A DNA stretch of 32,000 nt from Escherichia coli O157:H7 (GCF_041950575.1 NZ_CP169546.1), one strand, 5' to 3'; counted from the stretch's first letter, positions 1 through 15,030 are shown. Numbers and translations: made by a program. Notes: generated by a model not told the origin, from the letters alone.

Positions 1-201
1 CACCATCTGGTCGGTAAACTGGCTAATTTCATCATGCAAACGCAGGGCATTTTGCATATCTGGCGCAATAAGCACCACCGGTCCGGCGTGACGTTCGGCA
101 ATTTCCGCTACCAGCGTCGCGCAGGCAGCGCCGGTTAACTCGCCCAGCAGACGCTGCTCACCCGCTTTGACGGGCAGCGTATAACGATATTGTTCAGGCA
201 T
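1..201 (-). CDS. mfd: Transcription-repair coupling factor Mfd, N-terminal part (gene runs off the left edge)
   Basis: Reverse strand from cat at 199-201 translates MPEQYRYTLPVKAGEQRLLGELTGAACATLVAEIAERHAGP..., recognised as the Mfd N-terminus. Confidence 0.9.
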   Translation of the reverse strand, partial: MPEQYRYTLPVKAGEQRLLGELTGAACATLVAEIAERHAGPVVLIAPDMQNALRLHDEISQFTDQMV

Positions 202-328
202 AACGGTTGTCAGATTCTCGTTAGGATATGCCTCAACATATGGGGGCATATCTCTGATAAGCAATGCTGTTCATTATCCGTAATCGACATGGTTTAGCAA
301 ATTGAATCGCCCCGGCTGGGGCGATGGC

Positions 329-1402
329 TTAGCGGGAGTAACTGACGGCAACGGGCAGTGAAGGCGGGGAGAACAACAGATCGCTGAATGCTCGCTGTGA
401 AAGTTTTCTTACCAGCAAGCCCGCAACAGTACAGATGAACAAACTAACAAAGGGGTAAACCAGCAGGAGTGTCAGTTCGACTTGCGGCGACCAGCGTGCT
501 GCGTTCATTTGCGCAAGCAGAGTTAAGCTGAATATCTCTACCAGAATTCTATGGGTAGTGTAGATAGCAATAGTGTTGGAGCCAATCACATTCAGCAGAC
601 TGGTGGAACGCATGCCAAAACGTTGTTCATACTGATAAAACAACTTCATGATCACCACAATCGACACCAGCGACAACAGCAGCGAGATAGTAAACAACCA
701 GGCACCGACCGCCAGAGCAGCCAGCAAAGAAGCCATCAGCAGATGGCGGCGCAACGGCACCTCTTTAACACAGGTCATTATTGTTGCGCCAAACCATGCA
801 CCAAGGCTGTAATAAGGCAAATTGCGGATCACACTGTTCATTCCCCACCACGGCGTGGGAACGAAATTAACCGCCACACTCAGCAGTACAAACAAGGCGA
901 ATAGTGGCAGCGCCAGACGGCTAAAAATTTTACATACCACGAAATAGACAATTAACGCATACAGATACCACAAGCTGGTGCTGGCGGTGATCATCCCGTG
1001 CAGGAACTCACCGGTGGAATCGGCATACGCGGCATTGGAGGCATTGCTTAAATCGCGCTCAGGTGCCAGCCACTGGTTCAGCGCACTTAACGCCAGCCAC
1101 TGCACCACGCCCCAAAGCGCCAGCACCCAGAAGATGTTCCAGATCCGTTTATCGAGACAATTTCCCCACGGTACGCTGTCGATATAGCGGCGAATCAAAT
1201 AGCCGGATATAAAGAAAAAAACCGGCATACGAAAGGGTGCAAGGTAAAGATTGAAATAGATCCAGCATTTGCTCAGGACTTCCGATAACGGATGCTGAAA
1301 AGTGGTCATATGCGGATAAAAGGTAATGACCGAGTGATAAATCACCACCAGACAAATACATAACCCTTTGATCTGGTTAATCCATAGCTCTTTTTGTTTC
1401 AT
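329..1402 (-). CDS. ycfT: Inner membrane acyltransferase-3 family protein YcfT
   Basis: 357-aa ORF with many hydrophobic segments and the acyltransferase-3 N-terminal pattern (WINQIKGLCICLVVIYHS...); position between mfd and lolC. Confidence 0.85.
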   Translation of the reverse strand: MKQKELWINQIKGLCICLVVIYHSVITFYPHMTTFQHPLSEVLSKCWIYFNLYLAPFRMPVFFFISGYLIRRYIDSVPWGNCLDKRIWNIFWVLALWGVVQWLALSALNQWLAPERDLSNASNAAYADSTGEFLHGMITASTSLWYLYALIVYFVVCKIFSRLALPLFALFVLLSVAVNFVPTPWWGMNSVIRNLPYYSLGAWFGATIMTCVKEVPLRRHLLMASLLAALAVGAWLFTISLLLSLVSIVVIMKLFYQYEQRFGMRSTSLLNVIGSNTIAIYTTHRILVEIFSLTLLAQMNAARWSPQVELTLLLVYPFVSLFICTVAGLLVRKLSQRAFSDLLFSPPSLPVAVSYSR

Positions 1403-1552
1403 CAGGACAACACGCTCTTTTTTAATTTACATGCGGTTGATCCTGCGGGTTATGACCCGAGGTGTAATGGGTATCTGTCTGTATTGGATGATTTTTCAGA
1501 TTAAGATCAGGCGGCAAGATTGATGATAAAACATGGCAATTTAGCCGATTGA

Positions 1553-4801
<3,249 letters not shown>

Positions 4802-4829
4802 AGGCAGTACATTAAAACAAGGAGCGGCA

Positions 4830-5741
4830 ATGTATTACGGGTTTGATATTGGTGGAACAAAAATTGCGCTTGGCGTGTTTGATAGCGGTCGGCAGTTGCA
4901 GTGGGAAAAGCGGGTGCCGACACCGCGTGACAGCTATGACGCATTTTTAGATGCAGTGTGCGAGCTGGTAGCCGAAGCTGATCAACGTTTTGGCTGTAAA
5001 GGCTCTGTCGGCATCGGTATTCCGGGAATGCCGGAAACAGAAGATGGTACGCTGTATGCCGCCAATGTCCCTGCTGCCAGCGGTAAACCGCTGCGTGCCG
5101 ACCTGAGCGCACGTCTTGATCGCGATGTACGCCTTGATAACGATGCCAACTGTTTTGCCCTTTCAGAAGCCTGGGATGACGAATTTACGCAATATCCGTT
5201 GGTGATGGGGTTGATTCTCGGCACCGGCGTTGGCGGCGGGCTGATTTTCAACGGCAAACCGATTACCGGGAAAAGCTACATTACCGGCGAGTTTGGCCAT
5301 ATGCGTCTGCCGGTTGATGCGTTAACCATGATGGGGCTGGATTTCCCGTTACGCCGCTGCGGCTGTGGTCAGCATGGCTGCATTGAAAATTATCTGTCTG
5401 GTCGCGGTTTTGCGTGGCTGTATCAACACTATTATCATCAACCGTTGCCGGCTCCCGAAATTATTGCGCTTTATGATCAAGGCGATGAGCAGGCAAGGGC
5501 GCACGTTGAGCGTTATCTGGATTTATTAGCGGTTTGTCAGGGAAATATCCTGACCATTGTTGACCCTGACCTGGTCGTCATTGGTGGTGGCTTATCGAAT
5601 TTCCCGGCAATCACAACGCAACTGGCGGACAGGCTGCCTCGTCATCTCTTACCTGTAGCTCGTGTTCCGCGCATTGAACGCGCGCGCCACGGTGATGCGG
5701 GAGGAATGCGTGGTGCGGCCTTCCTACATCTAACCGATTAA
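4830..5741 (+). CDS. nagK: N-acetyl-D-glucosamine kinase NagK (ROK family)
   Basis: [18 protein letters not shown]... and ROK cysteine signature [15 protein letters not shown]; SD ggagcgg before ATG 4830. Confidence 0.95.
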   Translation: MYYGFDIGGTKIALGVFDSGRQLQWEKRVPTPRDSYDAFLDAVCELVAEADQRFGCKGSVGIGIPGMPETEDGTLYAANVPAASGKPLRADLSARLDRDVRLDNDANCFALSEAWDDEFTQYPLVMGLILGTGVGGGLIFNGKPITGKSYITGEFGHMRLPVDALTMMGLDFPLRRCGCGQHGCIENYLSGRGFAWLYQHYYHQPLPAPEIIALYDQGDEQARAHVERYLDLLAVCQGNILTIVDPDLVVIGGGLSNFPAITTQLADRLPRHLLPVARVPRIERARHGDAGGMRGAAFLHLTD

Positions 5742-5756
5742 ACAACAGAGGTTGCT

Positions 5757-6578
5757 ATGCTGTCGCGTCGGGGTCATCGGTTAAGTCGTTTTCGTAAAAA
5801 TAAACGCCGCCTGCGCGAGCGTTTGCGTCAGCGTATTTTTTTCAGAGATAAAGTGGTGCCGGAAGCAATGGAAAAACCAAGAGTACTCGTACTGACAGGG
5901 GCAGGAATTTCTGCGGAATCAGGTATTCGTACCTTTCGCGCCGCAGATGGCCTGTGGGAAGAACATCGGGTTGAAGATGTGGCAACGCCGGAAGGTTTCG
6001 ATCGCGATCCTGAACTGGTGCAAGCGTTTTATAACGCCCGTCGTCGACAGCTGCAGCAGCCAGAAATTCAGCCTAACGCCGCGCATCTTGCGCTGGCTAA
6101 ACTGCAAGATGCTCTCGGCGATCGCTTTTTGCTGGTGACGCAGAATATAGACAACCTGCATGAACGCGCAGGTAATACCAATGTGATTCATATGCATGGG
6201 GAACTGCTGAAAGTTCGTTGTTCACAAAGTGGTCAGGTTCTCGACTGGACCGGAGACGTTACCCCAGAAGATAAATGCCATTGCTGCCAGTTCCCGGCCC
6301 CCTTGCGCCCACACGTAGTATGGTTTGGCGAAATGCCACTCGGCATGGATGAAATTTATATGGCGTTGTCGATGGCCGATATTTTCATTGCCATTGGTAC
6401 TTCCGGGCATGTTTATCCGGCGGCTGGGTTTGTTCACGAAGCGAAACTGCATGGCGCGCACACCGTGGAGCTGAATCTTGAACCAAGTCAGGTCGGTAAT
6501 GAATTTGCCGAGAAATATTACGGCCCGGCAAGCCAGGTGGTGCCAGAATTTGTTGAAAAGTTGCTGAAGGGATTATAA
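5757..6578 (+). CDS. cobB: NAD-dependent protein deacylase CobB (sirtuin); an internal start at 5868 gives the shorter form [24 protein letters not shown]...
   Basis: Sirtuin motifs [26 protein letters not shown], zinc CXXC pairs. Confidence 0.93.
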   Translation: MLSRRGHRLSRFRKNKRRLRERLRQRIFFRDKVVPEAMEKPRVLVLTGAGISAESGIRTFRAADGLWEEHRVEDVATPEGFDRDPELVQAFYNARRRQLQQPEIQPNAAHLALAKLQDALGDRFLLVTQNIDNLHERAGNTNVIHMHGELLKVRCSQSGQVLDWTGDVTPEDKCHCCQFPAPLRPHVVWFGEMPLGMDEIYMALSMADIFIAIGTSGHVYPAAGFVHEAKLHGAHTVELNLEPSQVGNEFAEKYYGPASQVVPEFVEKLLKGL

Positions 6579-6733
6579 AGCAGGAAGCATTGCCTGATGC
6601 GCTACGCTTATCAGGCCTACAAGCGGACCACAATACCGACGAAAGAGCGGGATAAAACTTTACTGTCCTGACTCATTAGCCACATCCTTGCTAACTAAAA
6701 AACGGGCGGTAATACCACCGCCCGCTTGCTGAA

Positions 6734-7780
6734 TTAACGTCCTGCTTTCAGCTTCTGATAATACTCTTCATAAATGCTGCTGGCTGCGCCAACGTCATTC
6801 TGCCATTCGCCATTTTTAATGGTTTCAGCATCCGGGGAGAGCGTCTTATCGTTCGCCACTTCTGGACTTAACAGCTTACGCGCCGCAAGGTTTGGCGTTG
6901 GATAACCGATAGTTTCAGCAACCTGTTTTGCCACATCCGGGCGCAGCAGGAAGTTGATCAATTTCAGCGCGCCTTCTTTGTTTTTGGCATTTGCCGGGAT
7001 CGCCAGGCTGTCCATCCAGAATATGCCGCCTTCTTTCGGCCACACCACGTCAATAGGCGTACCCGCCTGGCGTGCAACGAAAGCAGAACCGTTCCAGATC
7101 ATGCCGAGGTTAACTTCGCCTTCCATGTACGGGTTAGCCGGGTTATCGGAGTTAAACGCTGCGACGTTTGGCATCAGTTTTTTCAGCTCGTTATATGCAG
7201 CTTCAATCTCTTTCGGATCGGTGGTGTTACCGGAGTAGCCCAGCTTACGTAGCGCCATCTGGAACACTTCACGGGCATCGTCGGTCAGCAGCAGGCTGCC
7301 TTTGTACTCAGGCTTCCACAAATCGGCCCAGCTGGTGACAGATTTCGGATCCACCGCATCACCGTTAACGCCAATCGCCGTCGCACCCCAGATATACGGA
7401 ATGGAGTAATCGTTATTCGGGTCAAACGGCTTATTGAGCATGTCTGGATCGAGATTGCTGAAGTTCGTTAACTTCGACTTGTCGATCTTCTGGATCATCC
7501 CTTCTTTACGCATTTTATCGACGTAATAGGTTGAAGGAACCACCAGGTCATAGGCACCGTCTTTGTACGTTTTCAGCTTGGCATACATGGTTTCGTTCGA
7601 CTCGTAAGTCGAATAGATAACCTTAATACCGGTTTCTTTGGTGAACTGTTCAAGCAGTCCTGGCGGCACGTACTCGGTCCAGTTGTAGAAATACAGCGTG
7701 TTGTTGTCATCGGCGTGAGCGGCGCTCATGCCCAGTGCCAGAGCACCCGCCGCGAGCAGGTGGCGTGACCATTTTTTCAT
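6734..7780 (-). CDS. potD: Spermidine/putrescine ABC transporter periplasmic binding protein PotD
   Basis: MKKWSRHLLAAGALALGMSAAHADDNNTLYFYNWTEYVPPGLLEQF... Confidence 0.95.
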   Translation of the reverse strand: MKKWSRHLLAAGALALGMSAAHADDNNTLYFYNWTEYVPPGLLEQFTKETGIKVIYSTYESNETMYAKLKTYKDGAYDLVVPSTYYVDKMRKEGMIQKIDKSKLTNFSNLDPDMLNKPFDPNNDYSIPYIWGATAIGVNGDAVDPKSVTSWADLWKPEYKGSLLLTDDAREVFQMALRKLGYSGNTTDPKEIEAAYNELKKLMPNVAAFNSDNPANPYMEGEVNLGMIWNGSAFVARQAGTPIDVVWPKEGGIFWMDSLAIPANAKNKEGALKLINFLLRPDVAKQVAETIGYPTPNLAARKLLSPEVANDKTLSPDAETIKNGEWQNDVGAASSIYEEYYQKLKAGR

Positions 7781-8571
7781 TTAACGTCCCCTGTGTTACC
7801 TTTCGTTTTATCACGAGCAATAAGCTGGCTGGCAATAACCATCACCAGCGACAGCACCAGTAATATGGTTGCCAGCGCGTTAACTTCCGGCGATACGCCG
7901 ACTTTGACCATCGAATAAATTTTTAACGGCAGAATTTCATAACTCGGCCCGGTGACGAACGAAGAAACCACCACATCGTCCATCGACAGGGTAAAGCTTA
8001 ACACCCAGCCTGCCGCCACCGCTGGCATTGCCAGTGGCAGAATGATTTTTCGCAGAATGGTAAATTCGCTGGCACCGAGATCTTTCGCCGCTTCCAGCAT
8101 CCGCACGTCAAAACCTTTCAGGCGCGAATACACCGTCACCACCACAAATGGCAGGCAGAAGGTGATATGCGAGAACAGCAGCGACCAGAAGCCAAGCTGA
8201 ATACCCAGCAGCATAAACAGCACCAGCAGCGAAATCGCCATCACGATATCTGGTGACATCATCACCACAAACAGCATTCCGCTAACGAACGGCTTACCAC
8301 GAAAGCGATAACGGTACAGCGCAACTGCCGTCAGTGAACCGATAAGCGTAGCAAACGTCGCCGAAAACACCGCCATTGTTAGTGAATGCTGCGCTGCCTG
8401 TAACAGGCTGTCGTTGTTCATCAGCAGGCTATACCATTTGGTGGTAAAACCCTGCCAGTTGATGCCAAAGCGCGAGCTGTTAAAGGAGTTCACAATCAAA
8501 ATAATGATTGGGATATACAGGTACGCGTAGATAGCGGTCATAAAACCGCCGCGAAGCAGTCGACCGATCAT
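7777..8571 (-). CDS. potC: Spermidine/putrescine ABC transporter permease PotC
   Basis: 264-aa permease with EAA loop (EAAKDLGASEFTILRKIILPLAMP); overlaps potD. Confidence 0.95.
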   Translation of the reverse strand: MIGRLLRGGFMTAIYAYLYIPIIILIVNSFNSSRFGINWQGFTTKWYSLLMNNDSLLQAAQHSLTMAVFSATFATLIGSLTAVALYRYRFRGKPFVSGMLFVVMMSPDIVMAISLLVLFMLLGIQLGFWSLLFSHITFCLPFVVVTVYSRLKGFDVRMLEAAKDLGASEFTILRKIILPLAMPAVAAGWVLSFTLSMDDVVVSSFVTGPSYEILPLKIYSMVKVGVSPEVNALATILLVLSLVMVIASQLIARDKTKGNTGDVK

Positions 8572-9425
8572 TCGAGTTCCACCTTTTTATTCAGCAGACG
8601 AGAAGCGCGCCAGTAAACCAGCAACATCAGGCCCATTACGATAGTCAGCGTAATGCTGGTGGCTGCACCAAACGGCCAGTCACGAATATTGAGGAACTGT
8701 ACCTTGATGACGTTACCGATCAGCAGGTTTTTCGCACCGCCCATCAGGTCGGACACATAGAACAGGCCCATCGCTGGCAGCATCACCAGCAGACATCCGG
8801 CAATAATCCCCGGCATCGTCAGTGGAATAATGATGCGGATAAAAGTCTGTAACTTGCTGGCACCGAGATCGCGCGCCGCCTCAAGCAACGGCTTATCCAG
8901 TTTTTCGATACTGGAGTACAGCGGCATCACCATAAACGGTAGCAGAATGTAAACCAGACCGATAATCACCGCACTGGGCGTGAACATGATACGAATTGGT
9001 GTGTCGATAACGCCCAGCCAGAGCAAAAACTCGTTGAGATAGCCTTTGGTGCTGAGGAAAATTTTCAGCCCGTAGATGCGAATCAGTGAGTTGGTCCAGA
9101 AGGGAACAATCAGCAGAAACAGCAGCAGCGGACGCACCTTGTGTGGCAGCTTCGCCAGAAACCAGGCAAACGGATAGCCCAGCACCAGGCAGGCGAGGGT
9201 GGCGATCAGCGCCATATTCAGCGAGTGCAATAGCACTTCAAAATAGAGCGGATCGAGCAGACGTGTGTAGTTATCCAGCGTAAAGACCATTTTGACAAAA
9301 CTGGCGTCGTCGCGGGCCAAAAAGCTGGTGCCAATGATCATCAGGTTGGGCAGAAAGACAAACAACACAAGCCAACCGACAATAGTGACAATCACTACAT
9401 TCTGGAACTTACTTGTGTTCTTCAT
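8568..9425 (-). CDS. potB: Spermidine/putrescine ABC transporter permease PotB
   Basis: 285-aa permease, EAA loop [25 protein letters not shown]; operon position. Confidence 0.95.
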
Positions 9426-10545
9426 CAGCCAGTACGACCTCCCAGCTTTCTACCCAATTAATGGCCATTTTTTGGTCGAGAGAGTGGTCAAAGTCAGGAT
9501 CGTCTTCATTGAAGAATTCGCTGACCATCACCATCTTGCCATTTTCCAGTTCAACAACCGACTCCAGCGTCATGCCTTTGTAGTTACGCTCGCGAACGTA
9601 ACCAATCAGCCCTTCAGCGTGGTTGTCGTCGTTAATCTCTTCAACACGTAAGTCTTCCGGGCGCAGCAGAACATGCAGTTTTTGCCCCGGTTCAACGGCG
9701 AAGTTAACGTAGATATTACATTCGCGGCCTTCAACGTTGGCGCGTACGCGCTGCTCGTCGAGACGTTCGATGACAGTGGCGTTAAACATATTGATTTCGC
9801 CAATGAACCCGGCAACAAACAGGTTTTTCGGCTCTTCGTAGATTTCACGCGGCGTGCCGTCTTGCTCAATGCGACCATCGCGCATCACCACAATCCTGTC
9901 TGACATGGTGAGTGCTTCTTCCTGATCGTGAGTCACGAAGACGAATGTAATGCCAAGCTTACGCTGTAACGCTTTCAGCTCGTTCTGCATTTGCTTACGC
10001 AGTTTGTAATCCAGCGCTGAGAGCGACTCATCCAGCAACAACAGACGAGGCTTGTTAACCACCGCGCGAGCAATGGCGACGCGTTGCTGTTGACCACCAG
10101 AGAGCTGATGCGGTTTACGTTGAGCGAAGGTTTCCAGCTGCACCATCCGCAGGGCTTCCATCACGCGGGGCGTAATTTCAGCAGCGGGGGTTTTTTGCAT
10201 GCGCAACCCAAAGGCCACATTTTCGAACACGGTCATGTGGGGGAAAAGTGCGTAGCTTTGGAAAACAGTGTTCACATAGCGGTTTTCCGCCGGAACGTGG
10301 GTGATGTCCTCGTTATCCAACATGATGCGTCCGGAATCAACAGTTTCCAGACCTGCAATCAGGCGAAGAACGGTTGTTTTACCGCAGCCAGAAGGGCCAA
10401 GCAGCGTGAGGAACTCGCCATTGTTGATAGTCAGATCCAGCTGGGGAATGACCTCTTTACCATCAAAGCATTTGCGAATTCCCGCCAATTGCACCAGCGG
10501 TGAAAGCGAACTCGGTTGTTTATTCAATTTTTTACTCTGTCCCAT
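9409..10545 (-). CDS. potA: Spermidine/putrescine ABC transporter ATPase PotA
   Basis: Walker [18 protein letters not shown], Walker B LLLLDE; 378 aa. Confidence 0.95.
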
Positions 10546-10794
10546 GTAAACGCAACGGATGGCTTACCGATGCGGGGTTTGTGGTTAACCACCTTGGTGA
10601 CTCTTAATGAGGGCGGTAATTCTACGGCAAACCGCTTGAATCGCCAATCTTTGTTGTGAATTACTGGCTTAGCTTTATATTCATTAAGGTAATGCTGATA
10701 AATATTCCCGCTTGCAGGGGTAAAAGTGACCTGACGCAATATTTGTCTTTTCTTGCTTCTTAATAATGTTGTCACAAAAAGTGAGGGTGACTAC

Positions 10795-12021
10795 ATGGAT
10801 AAACTACTTGAGCGATTTTTGAACTACGTGTCTCTGGATACCCAATCAAAAGCAGGGGTGAGACAGGTTCCCAGCACGGAAGGCCAATGGAAGTTATTGC
10901 ATCTGCTGAAAGAGCAGCTCGAAGAGATGGGGCTTATCAATGTGACCTTAAGTGAGAAGGGCACTTTGATGGCGACGTTACCGGCTAACGTCCCTGGCGA
11001 TATCCCGGCGATTGGCTTTATTTCTCATGTGGATACCTCACCGGATTGCAGCGGCAAAAATGTGAATCCGCAAATTGTTGAAAACTATCGCGGTGGCGAT
11101 ATTGCGCTGGGTATCGGCGATGAAGTTTTATCACCGGTTATGTTCCCGGTGCTGCATCAGCTACTGGGTCAGACGCTGATTACCACCGATGGTAAAACCT
11201 TGTTAGGTGCCGATGACAAAGCAGGTATTGCAGAAATCATGACCGCGCTGGCGGTATTGCAACAGAAAAACATTCCGCATGGTGATATTCGCGTCGCCTT
11301 TACCCCGGATGAAGAAGTGGGCAAAGGGGCGAAACATTTTGATGTTGATGCCTTCGATGCCCGCTGGGCTTACACTGTTGATGGTGGTGGCGTAGGCGAA
11401 CTGGAGTTTGAAAACTTCAACGCCGCATCGGTCAATATCAAAATTGTCGGTAACAATGTTCATCCGGGCACGGCGAAAGGAGTGATGGTAAATGCGCTGT
11501 CGCTGGCGGCACGTATTCATGCGGAAGTTCCGGCGGATGAAAGCCCGGAAATGACAGAAGGCTATGAAGGTTTCTATCACCTGGCGAGCATGAAAGGCAC
11601 CGTTGAACGGGCCGATATGCACTACATCATCCGTGATTTCGACCGTAAACAGTTTGAAGCGCGTAAACGTAAAATGATGGAGATCGCCAAAAAAGTGGGC
11701 AAAGGGTTACATCCTGATTGCTACATTGAATTGGTGATTGAAGACAGTTACTACAATATGCGCGAGAAAGTGGTTGAGCATCCGCATATTCTCGATATCG
11801 CCCAGCAGGCGATGCGTGACTGCGATATTGAACCGGAACTGAAACCGATCCGCGGCGGTACCGACGGCGCGCAGTTGTCGTTTATGGGATTACCGTGCCC
11901 GAACCTGTTCACTGGCGGTTACAACTATCATGGTAAGCATGAGTTTGTGACTCTGGAAGGTATGGAAAAAGCGGTGCAGGTGATCGTCCGTATTGCCGAG
12001 TTAACGGCGCAACGGAAGTAA
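10795..12021 (+). CDS. pepT: Peptidase T (aminotripeptidase)
   Basis: [35 protein letters not shown]...; the track ORF starts upstream at 10753. Confidence 0.95.
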   Translation: MDKLLERFLNYVSLDTQSKAGVRQVPSTEGQWKLLHLLKEQLEEMGLINVTLSEKGTLMATLPANVPGDIPAIGFISHVDTSPDCSGKNVNPQIVENYRGGDIALGIGDEVLSPVMFPVLHQLLGQTLITTDGKTLLGADDKAGIAEIMTALAVLQQKNIPHGDIRVAFTPDEEVGKGAKHFDVDAFDARWAYTVDGGGVGELEFENFNAASVNIKIVGNNVHPGTAKGVMVNALSLAARIHAEVPADESPEMTEGYEGFYHLASMKGTVERADMHYIIRDFDRKQFEARKRKMMEIAKKVGKGLHPDCYIELVIEDSYYNMREKVVEHPHILDIAQQAMRDCDIEPELKPIRGGTDGAQLSFMGLPCPNLFTGGYNYHGKHEFVTLEGMEKAVQVIVRIAELTAQRK

Positions 12022-12030
12022 GCGAAAAGG

Positions 12031-12053
12031 GATGCGGCATGTGATGCCGCATC
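12031..12053. terminator. Inverted repeat between convergent pepT and roxA, REP-like or bidirectional terminator
   Basis: GATGCGGCAT-gtg-ATGCCGCATC perfect 10-bp arms. Confidence 0.6.
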
Positions 12054-12069
12054 CGGCTTAAATCCAAAC

Positions 12070-13191
12070 TTACCCTTCGAAGAACCAATACCCGCTATTG
12101 ACCAGCGCCGCGAGCATCGCGAGGAATGACGGATCTTCCAGCGCATCGCCAAAATTCTCCGCAGTCAGCGCAATGTTGCTGGCGAGTGCATCCAGTGCCG
12201 GACGGTGCGGGGAATCGATCTTCTCACCATTGGTATACACGTCGTCGCCAATGCGCAATACGCGCAGACCACCCAGGCGCACCAGCACATCACCTTGTTT
12301 CAGCGCATCGTAGATTTCATCTGGCTGATAAGGCGGCTCCGGCGGCGCGATATCCAGTTCATGACGTGACTGGGATATAAACTCGCCAAACCATTGCTTA
12401 AAGTGTTCCGGCTGGTTGATCAATTCGAGCATCATCTCACGCAGTTTATCCATCTCTTGCGGCAGAACGTCCGCAGGATGAGCGCGAGGTGGAACATCAG
12501 GATCGCTGTAGTAGTTGCCGCCCAGTTCGCGTTGCAGCACATAATCGGCAAATCCGCTAATTAATTCCCGCGTATTTGGCGCGCGAAAACCCACGGAATA
12601 GTTCATCGCATTTTCCAGCGCGTAGCCTTCATGCGGGAATCCTGGCGGAATATAAAGAATATCGCCAGGCTCCAGCTCTTCATCGATGATGGCTTCGAAC
12701 GGATCGACCTGTAACAGATCCGGATGTGGGCAGTGCTGTTTCATTTGCAGCTTCTCGCCCACTCGCCAGCGACGACGTCCGGTACCCTGAATGATAAACA
12801 CGTCGTACTGATCGAGATGCGGGCCGACGCCGCCGCCAGGTACAGAAAAAGAGATCATCAGATCATCAATACGCCAGTCCGGTAGTTCACGGAACGGTCG
12901 CATCAGCGCGGCGGTCGGCTCATGCCAGTGGTTCACTGCTTGCACTAACAATGACCAGTTAGTTTCACCGAGATGATCGTAGCTTTCGAACGGACCGTGG
13001 CTGACCTGCCATTTTCCATCCTGGTGACTGACCAGTCGACTGTCGACTTCGCTTTCCATCGCCAGACCCGCCAACTCGTCTGGAGAGATCGGGTCAATAA
13101 AATTATTAAAGCCGCGTTTTAACACCACCGGGCGTTTCTGCCAGTGACGTTCAAGAAAATCGGGCCAGTTAAGAGTGAGTTGGTATTCCAT
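12070..13191 (-). CDS. roxA: 50S ribosomal protein L16 arginine hydroxylase RoxA/YcfD (JmjC-type)
   Basis: MEYQLTLNWPDFLERHWQKRPVVLKRGFNNFIDP...; the track start at 13200 adds MLN. Confidence 0.93.
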   Translation of the reverse strand: MEYQLTLNWPDFLERHWQKRPVVLKRGFNNFIDPISPDELAGLAMESEVDSRLVSHQDGKWQVSHGPFESYDHLGETNWSLLVQAVNHWHEPTAALMRPFRELPDWRIDDLMISFSVPGGGVGPHLDQYDVFIIQGTGRRRWRVGEKLQMKQHCPHPDLLQVDPFEAIIDEELEPGDILYIPPGFPHEGYALENAMNYSVGFRAPNTRELISGFADYVLQRELGGNYYSDPDVPPRAHPADVLPQEMDKLREMMLELINQPEHFKQWFGEFISQSRHELDIAPPEPPYQPDEIYDALKQGDVLVRLGGLRVLRIGDDVYTNGEKIDSPHRPALDALASNIALTAENFGDALEDPSFLAMLAALVNSGYWFFEG

Positions 13192-13258
13192 GTTAAGCAT
13201 CCACAGGCTGGTATCTGCAACCGATTATAACGGATGCTTAACGTAATGCGTGAAGTAT

Positions 13259-13268
13259 GGACATATTT
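13259..13268. repeat. Candidate left attachment core (attL) ggacatattt
   Basis: Same 10 bp at the right edge (24466-24475); lies outside the arm-type repeats. Confidence 0.45.
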
Positions 13269-13392
13269 TATCAATTAGTGTTTTTTGCCGTTTCATAATG
13301 TTTCAGATTGTTCATTATATTTTTGATTATAAACAGATTTGTGATTTTCCTTGTTCCAGCTTGTTTCACGTTGTAGCCCTTTGTGCAACGAT

Positions 13393-13413
13393 CGGTGTAG
13401 TTAATGGTGTAGT
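13393..13413. repeat. Left end-associated repeat CGGTGTAGTTAATGGTGTAGT containing tandem GGTGTAGTTAA units, candidate integrase arm sites
   Basis: Identical 21-mer at 24367-24387; tandem units spaced 12 bp; just upstream of int. Confidence 0.65.
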
Positions 13414-13418
13414 TAATT

Positions 13419-14666
13419 GTGATGACCGGAATCAAAATTATGAGCAGAGCACTTAACAAACTGAGCGATACACAGCTGAGGAAAATCAACGGCACACCCG
13501 CCCAAACAGCCTTTCTTAATGACGGTGGAAACCTGAGCGTCAGGCATTCAACCAGTGGCCTTTTAACCTGGTATTTCACTTACAGGGCCGGAACGGGAAG
13601 GGGGGCACCACCGGAACGCATTAAGCTGGGAAATTATCCTGATCTGAGCCTGAAATCAGCCAGGGAAAAAGCCGCCCAGTGTCGCGCATGGCTGGCAGAG
13701 GGGAAAAATCCACGTCATGAGCTTAATTACACCGTACAGGAAGCGTTAAAGCCGGTAACGGTTGGCGATGCGCTCACCTACTGGCTTGAGTCGTACGCAA
13801 AGGAAAACCGCGTGGATTATGCCGCCCTGAAAAAGCGCCTTAATAATCACGTAATACAGCACATTGGTGCTATGCCGCTGGATAAATGCGAGCTACGGCA
13901 CTGGCTGGCCTGTTTTGACCAGGTGGCAAAGCGAACGCCTGTTACTGCCGGATTCTTGCTACAGACGTGCAAACAGGCGCTTAAGTTCTGCCGGAGGCGG
14001 CGCTATGCAATCAGCAACGTTCTTGATGATATGAGTGTGGCGGACGTTGGGAAAAAACCGGATATAAGCGAGCGTGTCTTAAGCACCAAAGAACTGGGCG
14101 AATTATTGCAGGCACTGGACAAAAAAATATTCTCCCCCTACTACATCGCGTTAATCCGCCTCCTGATTGTGTTCGGATGCCGGACGGTAGAACTGAGGTT
14201 ATCGGAGATCAGCGAGTGGGATTTTACCGAAATGCTCTGGACCGTTCCGAAGGAGCACAGCAAAACGAAGGTAGCCATATTCCGGCCTATACCGGAAGCA
14301 ATACTGCCGTTCATCACGCAGCTGGTGGAGCAGAACAGGCACACGGGCTTATTGCTGGGGGAAGTGAAACAGGAGGCCAGCGTATCGCAGTATGGAAGAT
14401 TAGCGCACAGGAGGCTTAATCACCCTCACTGGTCACTGCATGACATCCGGCGCACCTTTACAACCATGCTGAACGATTTAGGCGTTGATCCGCATGTCGT
14501 GGAGCAGCTTACAGGCCACCAGATGCCAGGAATGCAGCGAGTTTATAATCATTCCCGTTATCTGGATGCGAAACGCAATGCGCTGGATATGTGGACGGAG
14601 CGGTTAGGGATACTGGCGGGAACACATGAAAACGTAACCACGCTACCAGTAGCCAGAAGAAAATAA
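13419..14666 (+). CDS. Tyrosine recombinase/integrase (P4-like); likely start MSRALNKLSD at 13440
   Basis: C-terminal catalytic pattern: GCRTVELRLSEI, LHDIRRTFTTML, LTGHQMPGMQRVYNHSRY. Confidence 0.92.
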   Translation: MMTGIKIMSRALNKLSDTQLRKINGTPAQTAFLNDGGNLSVRHSTSGLLTWYFTYRAGTGRGAPPERIKLGNYPDLSLKSAREKAAQCRAWLAEGKNPRHELNYTVQEALKPVTVGDALTYWLESYAKENRVDYAALKKRLNNHVIQHIGAMPLDKCELRHWLACFDQVAKRTPVTAGFLLQTCKQALKFCRRRRYAISNVLDDMSVADVGKKPDISERVLSTKELGELLQALDKKIFSPYYIALIRLLIVFGCRTVELRLSEISEWDFTEMLWTVPKEHSKTKVAIFRPIPEAILPFITQLVEQNRHTGLLLGEVKQEASVSQYGRLAHRRLNHPHWSLHDIRRTFTTMLNDLGVDPHVVEQLTGHQMPGMQRVYNHSRYLDAKRNALDMWTERLGILAGTHENVTTLPVARRK

Positions 14667-14852
14667 TTTTTTTCGTGTTTTTTCAGTATGCGCATACTGG
14701 ATATGCGAACAGATACAACGTGCAACAATGAGCAACAATGTGGAACAACTACGAACAAGAGGCGAAAAAGCGTACGGATTTATAAGTAGCTGATTTTTAA
14801 TGTGTTACTGGTTTTTTATACACTAGCGAATCACTCTTTAAAGAGCGAGAAA

Positions 14853-14881
14853 AAAGGCATGGAACAATATTTTATGCCTTT
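14853..14881. terminator. Hairpin AAAGGCAT...ATGCCTTT downstream of int
   Basis: 8-bp perfect arms (14853-14860, 14874-14881). Confidence 0.4.
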
Positions 14882-15030
14882 GTATTAACATGAATTTAAA
14901 AGATTTTATTCTTACTTTTTCATTTTCTGTAAATCATACATCCTCAGTATTTGCCATTCATCACTCTAGCGGGAACAATACGACACAATAAGACACCTGA
15001 TGACTCTTTAAGAAACGAAAGGGGGCAATA

